Assembly: GCA_001794055.1 (NCBI GenBank)
Contig: MGJB01000006.1
Location: forward strand, 90,168-154,167
Direction of reading: 5' to 3'
Source of the DNA: Candidatus Yanofskybacteria bacterium RIFCSPHIGHO2_01_FULL_41_26
Lineage (GTDB): Bacteria; Patescibacteriota; Minisyncoccia; 2-02-FULL-40-12; GWA2-44-9
Length of the DNA stretch: 64,000 nucleotides
The translations under genes were made by a program, and so were the position numbers. Below are positions 59,390-64,000 of the stretch, in pieces (the stretch's first letter is position 1; the number at the start of each line of letters is the position of its first letter). Below the pieces are notes generated by a model. The model had not been told where the DNA came from, did not search any database, and was given only the letters and a program-made list of their open reading frames with translations.

Positions 59390-59675
59390 TTTTTATTTTA
59401 ATAAAACGTTTTTCGCTAGCTGGCGCTTGGCCGATAAGTTTTTTGTTTAATTCCTCATCCATTTCGAAATCCTTCCTATACTTATCTTCCCTGAAGGAAT
59501 CAACCAACCCTGTTGTCTGGTACAGAGGTTCAACCTTTGTAGTATCAACTTCGTTCAGTTTTTCTATATACTCCAAAATCGAAGAAAGATCTTTTTTAAG
59601 ACCTTTTTCTTCTTTCTCGCTTGTTTTTATTCTCGCCAGTTCGGCGATGTGTCTGACTTCTTTATCGGTTAGCAT
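59370..59675 (-). CDS. gatC: Asp-tRNA(Asn)/Glu-tRNA(Gln) amidotransferase subunit C
   Basis: [22 protein letters not shown]...VEPLYQ matches GatC. Start moved from the ORF-track 59801. Overlaps gatA (operon). Confidence 0.7.
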   Translation of the reverse strand: MLTDKEVRHIAELARIKTSEKEEKGLKKDLSSILEYIEKLNEVDTTKVEPLYQTTGLVDSFREDKYRKDFEMDEELNKKLIGQAPASEKRFIKIKSVFSRK

Positions 59676-59847
59676 AAGAATGGAGTGGGTGGACAGCGTT
59701 TTCATTCTGTCAAGGTGAGCAATCCTGCGCCTTTTCTCAGCCACACCCACAGATAAAATATACCACGAATCAATTGGCATTATCACTATTGACCTACACA
59801 AGTTTTTATGATAATATAATAATATCTTTCGCTTTGGGTGGGACGAG

Positions 59848-61887
<2,040 letters not shown>

Positions 61888-61904
61888 TTAAACGGCTAAC
61901 AATA

Positions 61905-62273
61905 TTAATATTCCTGCACAATAAATGATCGCGAAACCCCTCTATAAGTTCCGACGACTCGATGATTAAGCGGTATTTCTGCAGAAGCGCATGTTGCCAC
62001 CGTATTTGCAGATCCAGGAAAGTATACGGCAAAAGTTGCACCGTTAGCCATGACTGGCTGTCCCGTAGCCGGCAACTTGCCTCTTTGAGTATACAGACAC
62101 CACTCCAAAGCACTGTCTGCCGCGTATTCCGCTACTGCTGAATTTATGGCGTTGCCGGCTGTTTTAAGTCTTGGCAATAATATATTACCCAAAGCTAAAG
62201 TGGTGGAAAGAATAACCCCCAGTATTAAAACGGAATAGATTAAAATTGAACCTTTTTGGGTTTTGTGTTTCAT
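61905..62273 (-). CDS. hypothetical secreted/pilin-associated protein
   Basis: N-terminal hydrophobic segment (KGSILIYSVLILGVILS). Adjacent to the prepilin genes. No cleavage motif seen. Confidence 0.35.
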   Translation of the reverse strand: MKHKTQKGSILIYSVLILGVILSTTLALGNILLPRLKTAGNAINSAVAEYAADSALEWCLYTQRGKLPATGQPVMANGATFAVYFPGSANTVATCASAEIPLNHRVVGTYRGVSRSFIVQEY

Positions 62274-62274
62274 G

Positions 62275-62838
62275 TTATGGATATGAAAATTCGTCAATCA
62301 CATCTCTGGAAGAAACTGATGTTTGAAGATTTATTTGAATAATTTCTTTACCAGTCCGGTTTTCTACTGTAGTAAGTATCGCCACTCGAGGCGTTTGTTT
62401 ATCGTTTGCCAGCGAACCTTTTACGCAAAAATTCATTCTTGCAAAATTTACGCTTGGCGTACTGACAGCCAAAAAGGCTCCCCCGTTCTCATTTTTTTCC
62501 ACGGATCCGTTATTTACCCTATAAACAACCGCTCCTTTACTGGGATGGGTTATCGTAAGTGTTGTTAGGTCGCAATTTGGAGATTCTTGATTGGCAATTC
62601 TACTTACCCTAATATCTCTAGACATCACCTCAAGGACAAACAATGAATTGTCCTGTATTTTTTGCGTTGCCAGCGTTCTTCTTTGAAGACTGACTATTTG
62701 AACAAAAATAGCGCTTACCGACATCCCTATAATGGAAAATATCAGAGAAGTAATCAAAACTTCAACTATGGTGAAACCTCTTTCTTGATTCTTGAACCCT
62801 GAATCTTGAGTCGGTTTTCTTAAGGTTTTATGTTTCAT
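62275..62838 (-). CDS. type IV pilin / pseudopilin (prepilin-type N-terminal cleavage/methylation domain)
   Basis: QERGFTIVEVLITSLIFSIIG class III signal. Confidence 0.7.
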   Translation of the reverse strand: MKHKTLRKPTQDSGFKNQERGFTIVEVLITSLIFSIIGMSVSAIFVQIVSLQRRTLATQKIQDNSLFVLEVMSRDIRVSRIANQESPNCDLTTLTITHPSKGAVVYRVNNGSVEKNENGGAFLAVSTPSVNFARMNFCVKGSLANDKQTPRVAILTTVENRTGKEIIQINLQTSVSSRDVIDEFSYP

Positions 62839-62856
62839 GATTTATATTGTATGATC

Positions 62857-63345
62857 TTATTTCCAATTGAATAAATGGGATTCCACATTGACATCTCTGG
62901 CCCTGTTACCTTTTTCAGTCCAAATAACATTGCTTACAATTTTTAGTTCAGCTGCGTTAATTTTAGTCAAAGTTATTGTCCTTTTAAAAATAGTATCGGT
63001 TCCGTTTGTATAATTGTACAAACCATTATTTATTTTTAGAGGTGGGTTCGAGCCCAGAGATATCAAAGAATCGGAATCCCATTCGATCCTATAAATACCT
63101 TCGGAAAGACCGCTATCAAAAACAACACCATTGAACCAGTTAGTATCTCTTAATGCCCTGACTACCTCAACGCCTTCTTGAGCCAAATTAGCGCCGATAA
63201 GATTGTTTTTGACAACAGAGGCAGTTGCGGAAAAATTGCTTGCAAGAATAAGCGCCGGCCCCAAAGCAATAGTTAAAATAACCAAAGCCACCAAGGCCTC
63301 AATCAGAGTAAATCCCCTATTCAATTGTTCCCGATGTTGATACAT
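62857..63345 (-). CDS. type IV pilin / pseudopilin
   Basis: NRGFTLIEALVALVILTIALG class III signal. Confidence 0.7.
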   Translation of the reverse strand: MYQHREQLNRGFTLIEALVALVILTIALGPALILASNFSATASVVKNNLIGANLAQEGVEVVRALRDTNWFNGVVFDSGLSEGIYRIEWDSDSLISLGSNPPLKINNGLYNYTNGTDTIFKRTITLTKINAAELKIVSNVIWTEKGNRARDVNVESHLFNWK

Positions 63346-63874
63346 TTATTGTTTTGCAGTCCTGAGGGCATGTACCCCCTATCTTGCCGATGGTGATAGA
63401 TATTGAAGCACTCGCAGAAGAATTATTTATAAAAGTTGTCGGATTAGGCGGTTCAAAAAATATATCGCTAAAAGAAGATTTAAATTCGACTTTTGGATCA
63501 TATAAAGTTTTGATGGGTAGAATTTTGAAATCATTGCCGTTAAAATTTCGATCCTCGGAAACGCAGTTAACGACGGAAGCATTAGGTCCCGCATAAACAG
63601 AATAGGATGTATTGTTTTCATAATGGATGCCGTATCCACAGCGAATGGCCAATCCTGCGCCTCCTCCGTCATCAAGCCTGACACTTCCGTTAGCTTTTTC
63701 TTGGGTGGCTCTAACTTGGCCGATAAAATCACTCGCGCTTTCGCTCAAATCCAAGCGGGTTCTTTGAAAACTAATAAGCATGAAAGTTGTTATAATTCCA
63801 GTTATAGATGCCACCACAAGTAATTCTACTAATGTGAACCCTGCGTTTTTAAAAAAAATAGTCAGTAATTTCAT
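63317..63874 (-). CDS. type IV pilin / pseudopilin
   Basis: NAGFTLVELLVVASITGII class III signal. Confidence 0.7.
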   Translation of the reverse strand: MKLLTIFFKNAGFTLVELLVVASITGIITTFMLISFQRTRLDLSESASDFIGQVRATQEKANGSVRLDDGGGAGLAIRCGYGIHYENNTSYSVYAGPNASVVNCVSEDRNFNGNDFKILPIKTLYDPKVEFKSSFSDIFFEPPNPTTFINNSSASASISITIGKIGGTCPQDCKTINVSTSGTIE

Positions 63875-64000
63875 TTTGAAAAATAATTACTAGAATTGAG
63901 ACGCCGGACAAAAAGGAGCCAAAAGGTAAAGCAGTTTTTCGATTGGCCTTCCCCAAAATTATCAATCCAATTCCCACCAAGGCCGCTATCCAAACAGAAA
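63853..64000 (-). CDS. prepilin peptidase (A24 family), C-terminal fragment, 5'-partial
   Basis: Minus-strand frame translates to ...VWIAALVGIGLIILGKANRKTALPFGSFLSGVSILVIIF..., resembling the PilD C-terminal (LPFGPFLALG) block. Overlaps the pilin start. Below the ORF-track size threshold. Confidence 0.35.

Overview
This 64-kb window is AT-rich (about 33-35% GC), densely coding and mostly on the minus strand. Its composition and gene content (GatCA, NAD-ligase, a type IV pilin cluster, many glycosyltransferases, few biosynthetic genes) suggest a CPR/Patescibacteria-like bacterium, but that is inference only.

**Glycan locus and surface proteins (1-37 kb).** A glycan-biosynthesis locus spans 1-15.4 kb. 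It holds GDP-fucose synthase (partial), a methyltransferase-like gene, eight GT4 glycosyltransferases, one GT2, one CgeB-like GT, a GT11 alpha-1,2-fucosyltransferase and an O-antigen-ligase-like TPR membrane protein. Four tandem GT-C-type membrane enzymes sit at 19.6-26.9 kb: one GT39/ArnT-like and three TM+TPR paralogs. Among them are large secreted repeat proteins, some with Thr/Pro-rich linkers. I read this as a surface-protein O-glycosylation system; that reading is inference.

**Mobile and repeat elements.** A REP-associated tyrosine transposase (RAYT, 37.86-38.54 kb) is flanked by inverted 39-bp perfect palindromes. A third copy and two degenerate copies lie in-frame inside three unrelated CDSs. 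A 269-bp MITE-like element with 31-bp terminal inverted repeats supplies the last ten codons of a GH1 beta-glucosidase.

**GC-rich island (46.53-48.0 kb).** This roughly 1.45-kb stretch reaches up to about 70% GC. It carries two small ORFs with high-GC third codon positions, one behind a consensus Shine-Dalgarno sequence, plus a 14-bp operator-like palindrome, a nested-stem RNA-like element and a terminator. It is either a horizontally acquired cassette or an assembly chimera.

**Other RNA-related features.** A candidate ~160-nt sRNA has a textbook sigma70 promoter and an intrinsic terminator. tRNA-Ala(TGC) and tRNA-Ile(GAT) are present. Several long hairpins look like terminators.

**Housekeeping genes.** H+-pyrophosphatase, GatA/GatC, LigA, SppA, RmuC, IscA, dCMP deaminase, an FKBP PPIase, a TrmB regulator and three prepilins. 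No CRISPR array or rRNA was seen.
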